From positions 236,759 to 300,758 of the forward strand of contig JBMNGZ010000001.1 in assembly GCA_050950105.1 (NCBI GenBank): 64,000 nt of DNA. Direction: 5' to 3'. This DNA is from Candidatus Hydrogenedentales bacterium. GTDB lineage: Bacteria; Hydrogenedentota; Hydrogenedentia; Hydrogenedentales; SLHB01. The notes beneath the pieces are model-generated. The model saw nothing but the letters and a program-made list of their open reading frames with translations, had not been told where the DNA came from and made no database searches. The position numbers were made by a program, and so were the translations under genes. Positions 51,423 to 62,322 of the stretch are shown piece after piece (within the stretch, counting starts at the first letter, position 1; the number at the start of each line of letters is the position of its first letter).

Positions 51423-52658
51423 TCAGGTTGGAAAGAGGCCGGTCACCATGTAGGCCTGTAGCACGCCGGATTCTTCGGAGTTGAAGAAGCCTGTGGTCCC
51501 GTCCGGGGATAGAAACGGGTGGATATGGGCATTCTTTTTCGTGGCATCCGTTCGGGAATCGAGCACGAATTGCCAGTTTGTGAGGGGGTCGTCCGGTGTC
51601 GGGCCGAATTGTGCGGTAAAGAGCAGCCACGTGTTGCCGATGCGGGCATCGGTGATCAGCCGTTCACCCGCCAGGTCGGTGGCGAAGTGATAAAACGTGG
51701 GTTTGGGAAAGACGCGGCTGAGGTGGTTCCGCTGACCGCCGGGCGTGGCGAGGCCTATGTGACCGGCAAAGGGCGCGGGAGGACTCAGAATCAGTTCGCA
51801 GTGTCGAGTTTGGCGGACGCTCGTGCTGGTGATGGCAAAGGTGGAGTCTCCGAGCCAGCACTGGTGGCCCTGGCAGAATTCGTTTCCGTCGCGTCCCCAG
51901 GGGAGGCTGCGGAAATCCGTTCCATCGTCGCGAATGAGATGAATATCCGCGCCATCACCGCCGACCAGGAGGGTGCAGTTGCCGTCTTTCGTGTATTCCG
52001 AGCCGTGGTTCTCCTGAATGAGGATATCGTGCCTGGCCTCGGGCGTGGCGGAGCGGCAGTACTGGGGATGCATATTGAGCCAGGTGGGGCCGGCCAAAAC
52101 AACGCGGACCGCCCCCTCGTCGAGATCGAAGATCATCAGTCCGAAGGGGGCGTCTTCGGTGTCGCCATCGCCGAAGAAGGCCGATAGCGCCAGTCGTTTT
52201 CCGTCGGAGGAAATGGTGGAAAGCGGATAGATGTGGCTGGGAATGCAGGCGGCTCCCGTGGGTGGCGAGTCGAGAACCAGCAGGGTCTCTCGGGCGGACC
52301 CATCAAGACGGACACGCTTGAGCGTCAACCGGCCGGCATTCACACTGGTTTCGTTAATGAAATAATACATATAGGCGCCGTCCGGAGAGACAGAGGGCGC
52401 GGTGACACCAAGTTCGTCCGTCAGGGGCGACAGCTCTCCCCCATTCTCCAGGTCGCAGAGAAGATAGCGATGTTCGGGATCCGACTTGTTGCTGCCGTGA
52501 GGATGAGCGCTACGGTGTAAGACAAAACGCCGTGAATCCGGCGTAAAAATTTGAGCCTCCATATAGATATGGCATGAAGGTATGGCCTCTTCCGTGAGTT
52601 GAAACACCTGAGCATTCGCCGGCGCGTCTTTGCTCAGAAGATCGCGGCGAGGCTTCAT
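51423..52658 (-). CDS. Beta-propeller protein, oligogalacturonate-lyase-like / TolB-like
   Basis: 411 aa. C-terminal HPFLSPDGTTGFFNSEESGVLQAYMV resembles the Ogl-family terminal blade. Confidence 0.5.
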   Translation of the reverse strand: MKPRRDLLSKDAPANAQVFQLTEEAIPSCHIYMEAQIFTPDSRRFVLHRSAHPHGSNKSDPEHRYLLCDLENGGELSPLTDELGVTAPSVSPDGAYMYYFINETSVNAGRLTLKRVRLDGSARETLLVLDSPPTGAACIPSHIYPLSTISSDGKRLALSAFFGDGDTEDAPFGLMIFDLDEGAVRVVLAGPTWLNMHPQYCRSATPEARHDILIQENHGSEYTKDGNCTLLVGGDGADIHLIRDDGTDFRSLPWGRDGNEFCQGHQCWLGDSTFAITSTSVRQTRHCELILSPPAPFAGHIGLATPGGQRNHLSRVFPKPTFYHFATDLAGERLITDARIGNTWLLFTAQFGPTPDDPLTNWQFVLDSRTDATKKNAHIHPFLSPDGTTGFFNSEESGVLQAYMVTGLFPT

Positions 52659-52874
52659 CGAGAGTCCTCCGGTTGTGTCATGTTTTGTCTACTATAGCGG
52701 GTTTTCGAGAAAAACTCGCCCCATCTTCCTATGCCCGATGAGCCGCCGCGCCGGGCAGGACTTCCCGGGGATGAAGATCACGGTCCACGAGGTCATGTCC
52801 GTGAGGCGGCCCGGGGCAGGAAAACGGGGGCTTTCCGTGGCGTGATCGACTCAAGGCCGGGCTGGGGCGAGGTC

Positions 52875-54923
52875 TCATTGGCGCGATTTGGAAAGGAGTA
52901 CCGAACATTCAGGCACGGCTTTTTTCAGAGCTGCCGCTCCTTCCGGGCTGACGCCGGTGTTGACCAGGTTCACTTGGCGCAGCGTCGGAATTTGTGCCAG
53001 TAGCAAGAGGCTGGCGTCCGTGATGCCGGGTCCATCCATCTGGATGAAGCGCAGGTGCCGGCATTGGGCCAAATGCTGCAGCCCTTCTGCGCTGATTGAG
53101 TTGCCGGCGAGGTCTAATCGTTCGAGATTTCGAAGCGGTTGAAGATGGGCGAGGCCCGGACCGGAGACCCGAGTATGGGACAGATTCAGCTCTCTCAACT
53201 GGCGGAGTTGGGTAAGAGACGCCATCCCGGCATCCGAGACCATCGTTCGGGAGAGGTCGAGGCGGCGAAGCGTCTCGAGGCCGGCAATCTGCTGCAGGCA
53301 CTCGTCGTTCACGTTTTCCCCTCGCAAGCTGAGCCGTTCCAGAGAGGTGAGCGCCGCAAACTTCGCCATGCCTTTGGCGTCATACTTGTCGGCGCCGGCC
53401 AAGGAGAGCTCCCGCAGTCCCGTCAGTGCGCACAGCTGGGTCAGGCCCTTATTCGTAATCTGCGCATCATTGGCGATGAGGGAGCGCAAACCGGTGAAGC
53501 GGGCCACAAGGGCCGCGGCATCATCTTCCAGGCGGGCAGCACTAAGATCCAGCGAATGCAGGTCATCCGGACCCAGCAGTTGAATGGCGCGAAGCTGTGC
53601 GGAGCCGACCTTCACCACCAGCTTCACGATCCGCTCTGCGGGAACAACAACACGCCCCTTGGCTGGTTGAAAGGACTTCCATTCGGTGCTGTCCAGGGCA
53701 TCCCACGTTTTGACCTGCACATCGCCCACCATATCCGCAAAGATCAGTTCGCGGGGCCCGGGGGCCTTCGCTGCAGGAGCCGACGCGGCGGGTTCGGCGG
53801 GCTTCGAGGCAGCCGGGGCCGCTGGGGCAGACGCGGGCGCCGCAGGAGCGGATGTCGGCGCGGACGCGACGTCAAAGCGCAGGGCACAGTCTGGGAGCCA
53901 TTCGCGCAGGCGGGCGATCCCTTCTTCTGTAAGTTGGGTGCCACGGACATCCAGGACGTCCAGCTGCCGCAATTCGGCCAACGCTTCGATCATCTCGTCG
54001 GAGGCATTCGATTTACTCAGATCGAGCTGTTTGAGCCAGGAGGCTTTCTGCAGCAAGACCAAGTCGGCTTCCGTGAGTTCAGGGGATGCGTTCAGCCCGA
54101 TGTATCCCCATTTTGGGAACGACGTTTGTCCCCGGGCGGGCCCGTAGTCGTGCCAACGCACCCGTGCGCCGTCGATTTCGCGAATCACGAGGGTGCCCAT
54201 CGTATGATCGTCGGGGAATACGAACTGGCGCGGTCCGAGCGCCACCCACAAGATCAGCACGGTCGCGGCAAGCGCCAGCGCAATGACTGCGATCATCCCG
54301 TTGGAAAGGAACGGTTTTCGGGCCGGTTCCTCAACCGGAGCGGCCTCGAGCACGGGCAGTGGGGATGGGCTGGACACCGGTTTCTCTTCGAATTCACTCA
54401 GGGGGGGAGGCGTGATGAACGGGGTGATGGCATCCGAAAGTGGCGTCGAATAGGAGCCGGCGGAGGAGTATGAACTCCCTCTATCCGAATTGGCGTCATA
54501 CATGAGTCCGGCCGGCGTAGACGACATCCACGACGAGGAGGTGTCGCTTGCCGACGTTGCTGCCTCGGGGGAAGAACCTTCCGTTGCGCCTTCTTCGCGA
54601 ACGCCAATATCCGGCGGCAGCTCGGGTGGAGCCTCTTGAAACGTGTTCTGGGGGATGTAGGAATCCGGGCGGTCGCCGATACGTCCGAGCAGCGTTTTGG
54701 CCCGCTCATCCTGGTGTTTTTCGGCCAACTCCTGGCACAGTGCCCGGGCTTCCTGGAAGCGGCCGACTTTGACAAAGCACTTGGCCAGCGCATACAAGAC
54801 CTGTTTACTATCAGGAAATTCGAGGGCCAGGTCATCCAAGATGGCCATAGCATCCTCAAAGCGCTCCGTGCGATAGAACATGAGCGCCATGCGGTAATTG
54901 TGTTCCGCTGCCTTATCCGACAC
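52875..54923 (-). CDS. Membrane protein with N-terminal TPR repeats, Ala/Pro-rich linker and C-terminal leucine-rich repeats
   Basis: TPR-like N-terminus, single TM (MIAVIALALAATVLILWV), then repeated L..L..L.L...I.D units. Confidence 0.65.
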   Translation of the reverse strand: MSDKAAEHNYRMALMFYRTERFEDAMAILDDLALEFPDSKQVLYALAKCFVKVGRFQEARALCQELAEKHQDERAKTLLGRIGDRPDSYIPQNTFQEAPPELPPDIGVREEGATEGSSPEAATSASDTSSSWMSSTPAGLMYDANSDRGSSYSSAGSYSTPLSDAITPFITPPPLSEFEEKPVSSPSPLPVLEAAPVEEPARKPFLSNGMIAVIALALAATVLILWVALGPRQFVFPDDHTMGTLVIREIDGARVRWHDYGPARGQTSFPKWGYIGLNASPELTEADLVLLQKASWLKQLDLSKSNASDEMIEALAELRQLDVLDVRGTQLTEEGIARLREWLPDCALRFDVASAPTSAPAAPASAPAAPAASKPAEPAASAPAAKAPGPRELIFADMVGDVQVKTWDALDSTEWKSFQPAKGRVVVPAERIVKLVVKVGSAQLRAIQLLGPDDLHSLDLSAARLEDDAAALVARFTGLRSLIANDAQITNKGLTQLCALTGLRELSLAGADKYDAKGMAKFAALTSLERLSLRGENVNDECLQQIAGLETLRRLDLSRTMVSDAGMASLTQLRQLRELNLSHTRVSGPGLAHLQPLRNLERLDLAGNSISAEGLQHLAQCRHLRFIQMDGPGITDASLLLLAQIPTLRQVNLVNTGVSPEGAAALKKAVPECSVLLSKSRQ

Positions 54924-55116
54924 GAGGGCCCCTTCTTCGCATCACAGCTTAGCCGAAGCCGTTAGGTCTCTGTACTAAGTATACTATTTTCACAGCTTGC
55001 GCACAAAACAAGCAACCGGGCCTGCCCCCGCCGCGGGTTGAAGGCCACCGCTCAATTTTCCACGGGCCCATTCGTCCGTGGTGTCAGATAGGATACCAGT
55101 CTCGGGTGGGGAAGCG

Positions 55117-55569
55117 CTATCCCCTGAGATTCATCAGGGAGGCCCCGTGCTGGTGCATCGCCGGGGGTTTTATGGGTTGGCCTTCCACCGCGACTTTTTC
55201 GAACGCCTCTTTCCATGTATCGCGCAGCGTTGTCAGATGCGAGAGACATTCGTCGATGGGCTCGATTTCTTTCCGCAGGTTTGCCGTAATGAGGAGGTGC
55301 TGGAGGTATTCGTAGATGCGGTCGAGATTCTGGGCGATAGCGCCGGTTTTCATGTCCAGTGCGCTGCGTAGCTCGCCCAGGATCTCCTGGGCCCGGATGA
55401 GGTTATTGTGTATGTTTTCGATGCGGCCCGCCGCAATATGCCGCTTCGCCTCTTCGGCCCGCTGAATAACGCCATTGAACAGCAGCACTATGAGCTTACC
55501 CTGAGACGTGGTCTCGACGTCCACCTTTTTGTAGGCGCCCAACTGTGCGGTGGTTTGCGCATCCCCCAT
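55117..55569 (-). CDS. fliS: Flagellar export chaperone FliS
   Basis: LGAYKKVDVETTSQGKLIVLLFNGVIQRAEEAK is a FliS family signature. Confidence 0.8.
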   Translation of the reverse strand: MGDAQTTAQLGAYKKVDVETTSQGKLIVLLFNGVIQRAEEAKRHIAAGRIENIHNNLIRAQEILGELRSALDMKTGAIAQNLDRIYEYLQHLLITANLRKEIEPIDECLSHLTTLRDTWKEAFEKVAVEGQPIKPPAMHQHGASLMNLRG

Positions 55570-55607
55570 TGGAGCATCTCCTGCTTAGTTGTACCGGAAA
55601 CGCCGGA

Positions 55608-57326
55608 CTAAAACGAAAAATCGCCTCCGAGGCCCATCAACGAAAATCCCTGAGTCTGGTATAGGGAAGCCATCTGTTCGAGTCGCGCAAACTGTGCGCG
55701 GTAGCGTTCTTCATGCCGGGCAATGGTGTATTCGAGCCGTTCGATCCGGTCGTTATACGCTTGAATCTGAGAATCGACGCTCCCGCCGCCTCGAATTCGC
55801 TGGTTGAGGAACCCCGTAGTAGCGGTTGCGCCTTCGAGATAGCTGGAGAGGGCGTTTGCGATACCGGTCTGTTCGCTGTTAGAAAAGAGCCGCTCGAGAT
55901 TCTCCGGGTTTTCCCGCAATTTGGCGAGAAATGTCTCTTCATCCAGTTCAAATCGGGCCCCGGCTTCGGCATCGAAGGTGTTGCCGGTGGAGATGCCGAT
56001 TTCCAGCAGGGTCTTGAATACATCTCCGGCGCCTTCAACCTGGTTGAACATGAGATACTGGATTTGGCTGGAGATCATGGAAATGCTGGAATCTCCTTGA
56101 AGCGTGGCGCCGCGCCCGGTTTGCCTGCGAATTTCATCCAAGGCGTCGTTGAGCGCCGTGAGAAGCCCCCGCACTCCCTCGACAATGGCCTCCGTATCGG
56201 TTTCGACGGTGACGCTGCTCGCGCCTACGCCACGGAGGTTCAAGGTGACGCCGGGAATGGCATCGTTGACGGCATTGGTGTTGCGCGTCTGGAGCGCCCC
56301 GCCGTCGATCGTGAATTGCGCGTCCGTGCCGGCGGTCTGGGCGGCCGTGGTCAAGTTCATGACGTCCAGGAAATTGCTGGTACCGGATTCGAACGCAATG
56401 GTGCGGCTGCCGAGCATATCCGAGACGATCCGGAGCGTGTCGGTCACGTCATCATACGAGGCCGTGACCCGTGCGTCGGAGGCGTTGATCGCCGTGATGA
56501 TGCTGTCGAGCGAGTCGCTCAGGGGATCGACATTGATCTGGATGCCGTTGATCCGGAAGCTGCCCGCGGTCACCGCGCCGTTTTGAAACGCGCCGGCGCT
56601 GAGGGCCTCCGATCTGTCCGCCGCGCCGAGGTTGCGCGAACTTGTGACGACGGTGGCGCCGTTGGCGCCGGTAGCCTGGAAAGCGCCGGTCAGATGGAGG
56701 GCTTCAAGGAAATTGCTGGTGTCGGTGGATGCGCCGAAGTTGAGGATACTGGTGTCTCCGGCGCTGCTGTTTTCCAAGGTGACTTTGTCTTCGGCCGCAT
56801 CGTAGTGAGCCTGCACCCCGATACCGCTGCTGTTGATCTCGGCAAGGATGTCGTTGAGGCTCTGGGTTTCGGGGTCAATCGTGAACGCGGCGCCGTTGAT
56901 GGTGAAGCTGCCCGCAGTCACGTGGGTACGGATGCCGCTGTCGCTGAGCGGGGCATCCGGGGAGATGGCGGCGCCCAGAGCGCTGCTGCTGCGGGCGATG
57001 GTGGCGCTGGCGAGCTGCAAGACCTCGACCTGGTACACGCCCGGCGCAGCATTTGCGCCCGCAAGCGAGGTTCCAAGGATGCCATTCTCGCTGGAGGCGG
57101 CGCGGAACTGGCCGAACACGGAGTTCAGCCGGAAATCTTCCGCACGATTGCGCAGGGTCTGCAGCTGGGTGCGCACCCCGCCGATAGCGCCGCGCTGCGT
57201 CTCCAGCGCGGCAATGCGCTGCTGGAGCCGCGCAATTGGCCGGCGCTCCAACTCGATGAGCTGGGATATCAGGGTGTTCGTATCCAGCCCGGTAATGAGT
57301 CCGCCCGCCGAAAACATCCCCGACAT
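55608..57326 (-). CDS. fliD: Flagellar filament cap protein FliD (hook-associated protein 2)
   Basis: N-terminus SAGGLITGLDTNTLISQLIELERRPI is typical of FliD. 572 aa. Confidence 0.85.
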   Translation of the reverse strand: MSGMFSAGGLITGLDTNTLISQLIELERRPIARLQQRIAALETQRGAIGGVRTQLQTLRNRAEDFRLNSVFGQFRAASSENGILGTSLAGANAAPGVYQVEVLQLASATIARSSSALGAAISPDAPLSDSGIRTHVTAGSFTINGAAFTIDPETQSLNDILAEINSSGIGVQAHYDAAEDKVTLENSSAGDTSILNFGASTDTSNFLEALHLTGAFQATGANGATVVTSSRNLGAADRSEALSAGAFQNGAVTAGSFRINGIQINVDPLSDSLDSIITAINASDARVTASYDDVTDTLRIVSDMLGSRTIAFESGTSNFLDVMNLTTAAQTAGTDAQFTIDGGALQTRNTNAVNDAIPGVTLNLRGVGASSVTVETDTEAIVEGVRGLLTALNDALDEIRRQTGRGATLQGDSSISMISSQIQYLMFNQVEGAGDVFKTLLEIGISTGNTFDAEAGARFELDEETFLAKLRENPENLERLFSNSEQTGIANALSSYLEGATATTGFLNQRIRGGGSVDSQIQAYNDRIERLEYTIARHEERYRAQFARLEQMASLYQTQGFSLMGLGGDFSF

Positions 57327-57528
57327 GGAGCATCCTCCTGCACTTTACGCGATTTTCACGGTTCAGGTGGCGTAGAGACGCTACCTCATCTGATAGTATC
57401 GACCACGTAAGCCTTAGACTTTAGCCTATTTGGCCGGTGAATCCCGCAATTTCCGCTCGCGGGAGAACAGGTCGCCTCCATTCCGAACACGATCCCTCCC
57501 GTCCATCAGGCGAGTTCCCGGCCCGACC

Positions 57529-58737
57529 TTATTGCTGCACGAGCCCCGAGAGCTGCAGGATGGGCATGAACAGGGCGATCACGATCCCGCCCACCACCAA
57601 ACCCATCAGGAGAATTAAGATAGGCTCGATCATGCTGGTCAAGGCATCCACTGCGGCCCGCACCTCCGAATCGTAGAAATCCGACACTTTTTGCAGCATC
57701 TGTTCCAGGGCGCCGGTCTTTTCTCCGACGCCAATCATGCGGGTCACCATCGCGGGAAACTGGCCGCTTCGCGCGAGCGGATCGGCCAGGGTTTCGCCGT
57801 TGCGCACGCAATCCGCCGCCGTGCTGATGGCACGCGCGAAGACTTCGTTACCGGCGGTTCGCTCAACAATTTCCATAGCCCCGAGGATATTCACACCGCT
57901 TCGGGTCAGGGTGCTGAGCGTGCGGGCAAAGCGGCTGATGGCCACTTTTCGCAGGAGCTTCCCGAAAACCGGCATCTGCAGTTTAAGCGTATCGAGATGG
58001 AATCTGCCGGTCGATGTAGCTCCGTACATGCGCACGATAAAGACCGTCGCGACAATTACGGCAATGATCAACGGCATACCGTACCACTGTTTGAGAAACG
58101 AGCTGGCCGCGATCAGCACACGGGTCGGCCCCGGCAGCTGCCGGCCAAACCCTGAGAACATCTCCTCAAACTGCGGCACAACAAAGATGATCAGTCCTGC
58201 CGCAATCAGCAGGATCATACTCAACGCCACGACGGGATAGGTCATGGCGGAGCGAATGCGCCGTTTCAGCTCTTCCATGGATTCCAGATATTCAGCGAGC
58301 TGCAGCAGCACCCCGTCCAGGTTGCCGCTGGCCTCCCCCGCGCGAATCATGCTGACGAAGAGGTCGGAATAGATCCGGGGATGTTTGCGCAAGGCGTCGG
58401 AAAAGGTCTCGCCGGCCTCCACATCGTCTGCAATGTCCTGGATGACCGCCGCATAGCGCAGATCCTCGGTCTGTTCGGCAAGAATGTCCAGCCCCTGGAG
58501 CAGAGGCAGGCCGGCATTCACGATGGTAGACAGCTGACGCGTGAAGACAAGCAGTTCCGAGGTCTTGACCTTGGGGTCGCGCCGGGCTTTTTTGTCTCCC
58601 CCCGCCACTTCGACCCGTTCGGGAACCATCCCTTTTCCCTGCAGTGTTCGGATCACAACCTGGCGGTTCTCGGCTGTCATTTTGCCGGTCTCACGCTTTC
58701 CGTCACGGCCGCGCGCAACATACGTGAAGGTTGGCAT
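57529..58737 (-). CDS. GspF/PilC-family (type II secretion system F domain) inner-membrane protein
   Basis: Two T2SSF repeats with three TM segments. 402 aa. Confidence 0.85.
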   Translation of the reverse strand: MPTFTYVARGRDGKRETGKMTAENRQVVIRTLQGKGMVPERVEVAGGDKKARRDPKVKTSELLVFTRQLSTIVNAGLPLLQGLDILAEQTEDLRYAAVIQDIADDVEAGETFSDALRKHPRIYSDLFVSMIRAGEASGNLDGVLLQLAEYLESMEELKRRIRSAMTYPVVALSMILLIAAGLIIFVVPQFEEMFSGFGRQLPGPTRVLIAASSFLKQWYGMPLIIAVIVATVFIVRMYGATSTGRFHLDTLKLQMPVFGKLLRKVAISRFARTLSTLTRSGVNILGAMEIVERTAGNEVFARAISTAADCVRNGETLADPLARSGQFPAMVTRMIGVGEKTGALEQMLQKVSDFYDSEVRAAVDALTSMIEPILILLMGLVVGGIVIALFMPILQLSGLVQQ

Positions 58738-59270
58738 TGCGGAATTCCTCCCCGTTAGACCGGCTCCTAGTATACCTATACCAGATGCTGTGGTCGAGGC
58801 TCATTTGAACCCCGCCGCTTGGGTACGCCGCCACAGGGCCGGAACAGACGGCGGAACCCATCACGGATGACTCATCGACACCGCCGCGTCTCCCTTCGCA
58901 ACTATACCACCGCATAAGATGCCTCGGAGCGCGGACGTTACAGCACGGATACCGGCGGTGCCGTTCGTAGGCGCCTGTTTCTGCGGGAAACAGGCTCTAC
59001 CCTGCTGGAAGGGAGCAATTTTCGGGCCAGCCGCAGATTTCGGGCAGTTTTGTCCATAATTTACTGTAACTTGCGTTATTTCACATGGTTAGGAACCTCC
59101 TTCGGCAAAAGATGCGATTTATTTCCTGGCCTTCGGGCGGCGGTTTTTCGTCATTGTGTTGAGCTGCCGTCGTTCTCCCGCGGCTCTGCCAGCACTCTAG
59201 GCGGGCGAACTGAGCCCGTATCTGGTGATTTCCAGTAGATCCAACCGGCCGCTGGGCTGCGCGCCGGTAT

Positions 59271-59939
59271 TCAGGCGGAATCCTGAGGTTTGAAGGCCCA
59301 ACCGGCGAGGTGCGGTGAGACGATCAGCGCCCAGGGCACCGGAAAATGCTGATAGGTCAACTGGGCAAAGCCGGCGATTTCGAGAGCGCGCCACAGTTCG
59401 CGGTCAGGACGGCAGCCCTCCCCCACTTTCTGCCATCCCGGGCGCAAGAGTCGCTGAACCGCACGGAGCACGGTGCCCCGCGGTGCCGCAACGTGTTCGA
59501 AGAAAATGAACAGACCGCCGGGCTTCAGGACACGGAGAATTTCGCGAAACGCCGCATCGAGGTCGTCAACAGAGCACAGGACATGGGTGCAGACGACCGC
59601 GTCGATGGAATGGTCACGAAGGCCGAGAGATTCGGCCCGGCCATTAATAAGGTGCATGATTCTGTCGGACCTGCCGGCTTCTTCCCGAAGATACCGGAAC
59701 AGGTAGCGGTTGGGTTCGAGGCCGAACAAGGTGGTGCCGTTCGGATAGTACGGCAGATTGGCGCCTGCACCGGGTCCAATCTCCAGTACGCGGCCCGAGA
59801 GCATGCGGAACAGCCGGTTTCTCCGATGCGGGGCCACGCCTCGCATCAACCGGTTTCCTGCATGAAGCAGCCAGGCAAATATCCGCTGTTTCCACGTGGC
59901 GGACTTGCGGGCGGGTCTGGAGATACGTGGTTCCGCCAT
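59271..59939 (-). CDS. Class I SAM-dependent methyltransferase
   Basis: RVLEIGPGAGANL motif I. LKPGGLFIF post-II. Confidence 0.8.
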   Translation of the reverse strand: MAEPRISRPARKSATWKQRIFAWLLHAGNRLMRGVAPHRRNRLFRMLSGRVLEIGPGAGANLPYYPNGTTLFGLEPNRYLFRYLREEAGRSDRIMHLINGRAESLGLRDHSIDAVVCTHVLCSVDDLDAAFREILRVLKPGGLFIFFEHVAAPRGTVLRAVQRLLRPGWQKVGEGCRPDRELWRALEIAGFAQLTYQHFPVPWALIVSPHLAGWAFKPQDSA

Positions 59940-59942
59940 GGC

Positions 59943-60845
59943 TTACCGGGCTTCGAGGATCAGCCGCAAGGCCTGGTCAAGTTCGGGATAATCAAAGGTG
60001 AAGCCCGATTCGAGAAGTTTTCGGGGAGTCGCCCTTTGACTGGCCAGTAGAAGCTCGTCGGCCATTTCTCCGAACAGCATGCGCGCCGCAAACGCAGGAA
60101 ATGGCAACAGCGCCGGACGGCCCAGGGCGCGGCCGAGCGCGGTCGCCAGTTCTTTGTTTCGCACGGGATGTGGGGAGACCACGTTGACAGGCCCCTGCAG
60201 CGGCGGTGCAGCGATGCCATGCATCAGGGCGCGAATCGCATCATGCCGGGTGATCCAGCTCAGGTACTGGGTGCCCGGGCCCACGGGGCCGCCCAGGCCG
60301 AGTTTGAAAGGCAGCAGCATTCGGGTAAACGGGCTCTTCTGGCGGCTCATGACCAAGCCGAATCTCGCGTTGAGCACACGGATGCCCGCGTCGCGGGCAG
60401 GATACGAGGCTTCTTCCCACTGGCGGCTGACTTCAGCGAGGAAGGTCTCGCCGCAGGGCTGCTCCTCGTCCAGCCAGCGATCGCCGCAATGGCCGTAGAA
60501 ACCCGTTGCCGAAGCGACGACCCAGGTTTTGGGGGGAGCGCCAAGCTCGCGAAAGGTGCGGGCAAGCAGTTTCGTGGTACGGGTGCGACTCTGAATGATC
60601 TCCCTCTTTTTCCGTTCGGTCCAGCGGCCGGAAGCGATGCTTTCGCCGGATAGATGAATGGCCGCGTCAAATCCCTCCAGTTTTTCCGGTTCAAGTTGCG
60701 CTGCAGCGGGGTCCCAGCGGATCTCGTTGCCAGAGGGGGTCTCTTCTTTCCGGACGAGCTTCGTGACGGAGTCGCCGCGCTGCGCAAAGGCATCACACAG
60801 CGCGGAGCCGATGAGCCCGGATGCGCCACTGACCAGAACTCTCAT
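59943..60845 (-). CDS. YfcH-like (TIGR01777, SDR39U1) NAD-dependent epimerase/oxidoreductase family protein
   Basis: MRVLVSGASGLIGSALC Rossmann start. The ORF track start at 60947 would overlap the permease gene, so MRVLVSG at ~60845 is preferred. Confidence 0.75.
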   Translation of the reverse strand: MRVLVSGASGLIGSALCDAFAQRGDSVTKLVRKEETPSGNEIRWDPAAAQLEPEKLEGFDAAIHLSGESIASGRWTERKKREIIQSRTRTTKLLARTFRELGAPPKTWVVASATGFYGHCGDRWLDEEQPCGETFLAEVSRQWEEASYPARDAGIRVLNARFGLVMSRQKSPFTRMLLPFKLGLGGPVGPGTQYLSWITRHDAIRALMHGIAAPPLQGPVNVVSPHPVRNKELATALGRALGRPALLPFPAFAARMLFGEMADELLLASQRATPRKLLESGFTFDYPELDQALRLILEAR

Positions 60846-60876
60846 GACCTCAGCCTCCTTTAACGCAGTGGAAGCG

Positions 60877-62322
60877 TCAACCCGCGACCTGGAGGATCCA
60901 CGAGACCACCGCGGGACCCGTGGTAATGATAATAACTGTCGCGACAACGCATGTCAGCACCCCAACCCGCATGATGTCGCGGGAATCGACCATGTCGCTG
61001 CCGTATGCGATGGCGTTGGGTGGCGTGGAGATGGGCAGCGCGACCGCGTAGCTCGACGCAATAGCCACCAGGATAGCAAGCACCTGCACCTGCGATTCGG
61101 TCGTGACCCCGGTCGCCACGGCCATGGCCAGGGGGATGACGATGGTCGTGGCAACGGTGTGGCTCATCACGGTGCCCAGGGCGATCACGAACAGGCAGCA
61201 CGACGTGACGAGCGCAAAGAAGCTCATCTGACTGGCGGGAAGGGCCTCCACCAGCCACAGGTCGAGCCCGGTGAGGCCCATGCCTTTGCCGAGGGCAATG
61301 CCGCCCGCAATCAGCACGAGCACGTCCCATTCCAGCGAATTGAAGTCTTTCCGGCTGATGACCCTTGTGGCGGTCAACAAGGCCGCCGGCACGACCGCCA
61401 CGACGGCCGTGGGCAGGTCCAGCCCGAAAAACTGATCGAGCCAGGGAGAGCCCAGCCAGAGCGCCAGTGTGATGGCAAAGGTGGCATAGACGACCACGGC
61501 GTTTCGGGTAAGATGGAATTCGCTCTTCACCTCAACCTGTAAGCCTTCCTGCCGGGGCCGGTACAGCACGAGCAGAAGCAACCACATGGCGACCAGCGTC
61601 CCGATCAGCAAAGGCAATGCGAATGCCATCCACTGGAAAAAATTGATCTCCAATCCGCGGGCACGGAGCGCCTCCAACGCGATGGCGTTGGGAGGCGTGC
61701 CGATGGGCGTCCCGATACCCCCGACATTGGCCGCAAACGGCACCGAAAGCACCAGCCCGCGCCGGAACGGATCGCCCGCGGGGATCTGCAGCGCCAGAGG
61801 CTGCACCAGCACAATCATCATCGCGGTTGTCGCGGTGTTGCTCATGAACATGCTGAATAAAGCGGTAATCAGCATCACGCCGGCCAGCACTCCCCCCGGA
61901 TGCCTGCCAAAGGGGCGCATGAGGGCCGCGGCCAACTGCACGTCAATTCCTTCTTTCTGTATACCCCTGGCCAGGATAAATCCGCCCAGAAACAGGAAAA
62001 TGATGGGGCTGCCCAGCGATGCGAAGATATCGGTGTAGATGATCGGCCGTTCCCACCCGGTTTCCAGCGCCAGCCACCAGGCCTCTGCCGCGATCACCAG
62101 CGTGCTGGTGGCGAAGAGGGGTACCGCTTCGGTCACCCAGAGAACCAGGGCGACCACGAAAATGGTGGCCATGCGGCGCGCGGGCTCCTCCATGGATGCA
62201 GGTAAAACGAAATAGGCCACGGCTCCCAGTGCAAGCGCCGCCACGACAAACATCGCGTCGACCCAGGCCGGCCGTTGCTGCGTTTCGCCCGCGGGCAATG
62301 ACTCAACTTTTGATTCGGTCAC
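60877..62322 (-). CDS. SLC13/DASS-family anion permease
   Basis: SMFMSNTATTAMM and GTPPN signature motifs. Polytopic membrane protein. Confidence 0.7.
   Translation of the reverse strand: MTESKVESLPAGETQQRPAWVDAMFVVAALALGAVAYFVLPASMEEPARRMATIFVVALVLWVTEAVPLFATSTLVIAAEAWWLALETGWERPIIYTDIFASLGSPIIFLFLGGFILARGIQKEGIDVQLAAALMRPFGRHPGGVLAGVMLITALFSMFMSNTATTAMMIVLVQPLALQIPAGDPFRRGLVLSVPFAANVGGIGTPIGTPPNAIALEALRARGLEINFFQWMAFALPLLIGTLVAMWLLLLVLYRPRQEGLQVEVKSEFHLTRNAVVVYATFAITLALWLGSPWLDQFFGLDLPTAVVAVVPAALLTATRVISRKDFNSLEWDVLVLIAGGIALGKGMGLTGLDLWLVEALPASQMSFFALVTSCCLFVIALGTVMSHTVATTIVIPLAMAVATGVTTESQVQVLAILVAIASSYAVALPISTPPNAIAYGSDMVDSRDIMRVGVLTCVVATVIIITTGPAVVSWILQVAG

Noticed and set aside
53139-54473. 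444-aa plus-strand ORF
   Set aside because: Antisense to the TPR/LRR protein gene; Gly/Arg-rich with no motifs.
55713-57410. 565-aa plus-strand ORF
   Set aside because: Antisense to fliD, whose N-terminus is unmistakable; Gly/Ala/Arg-rich artefact.
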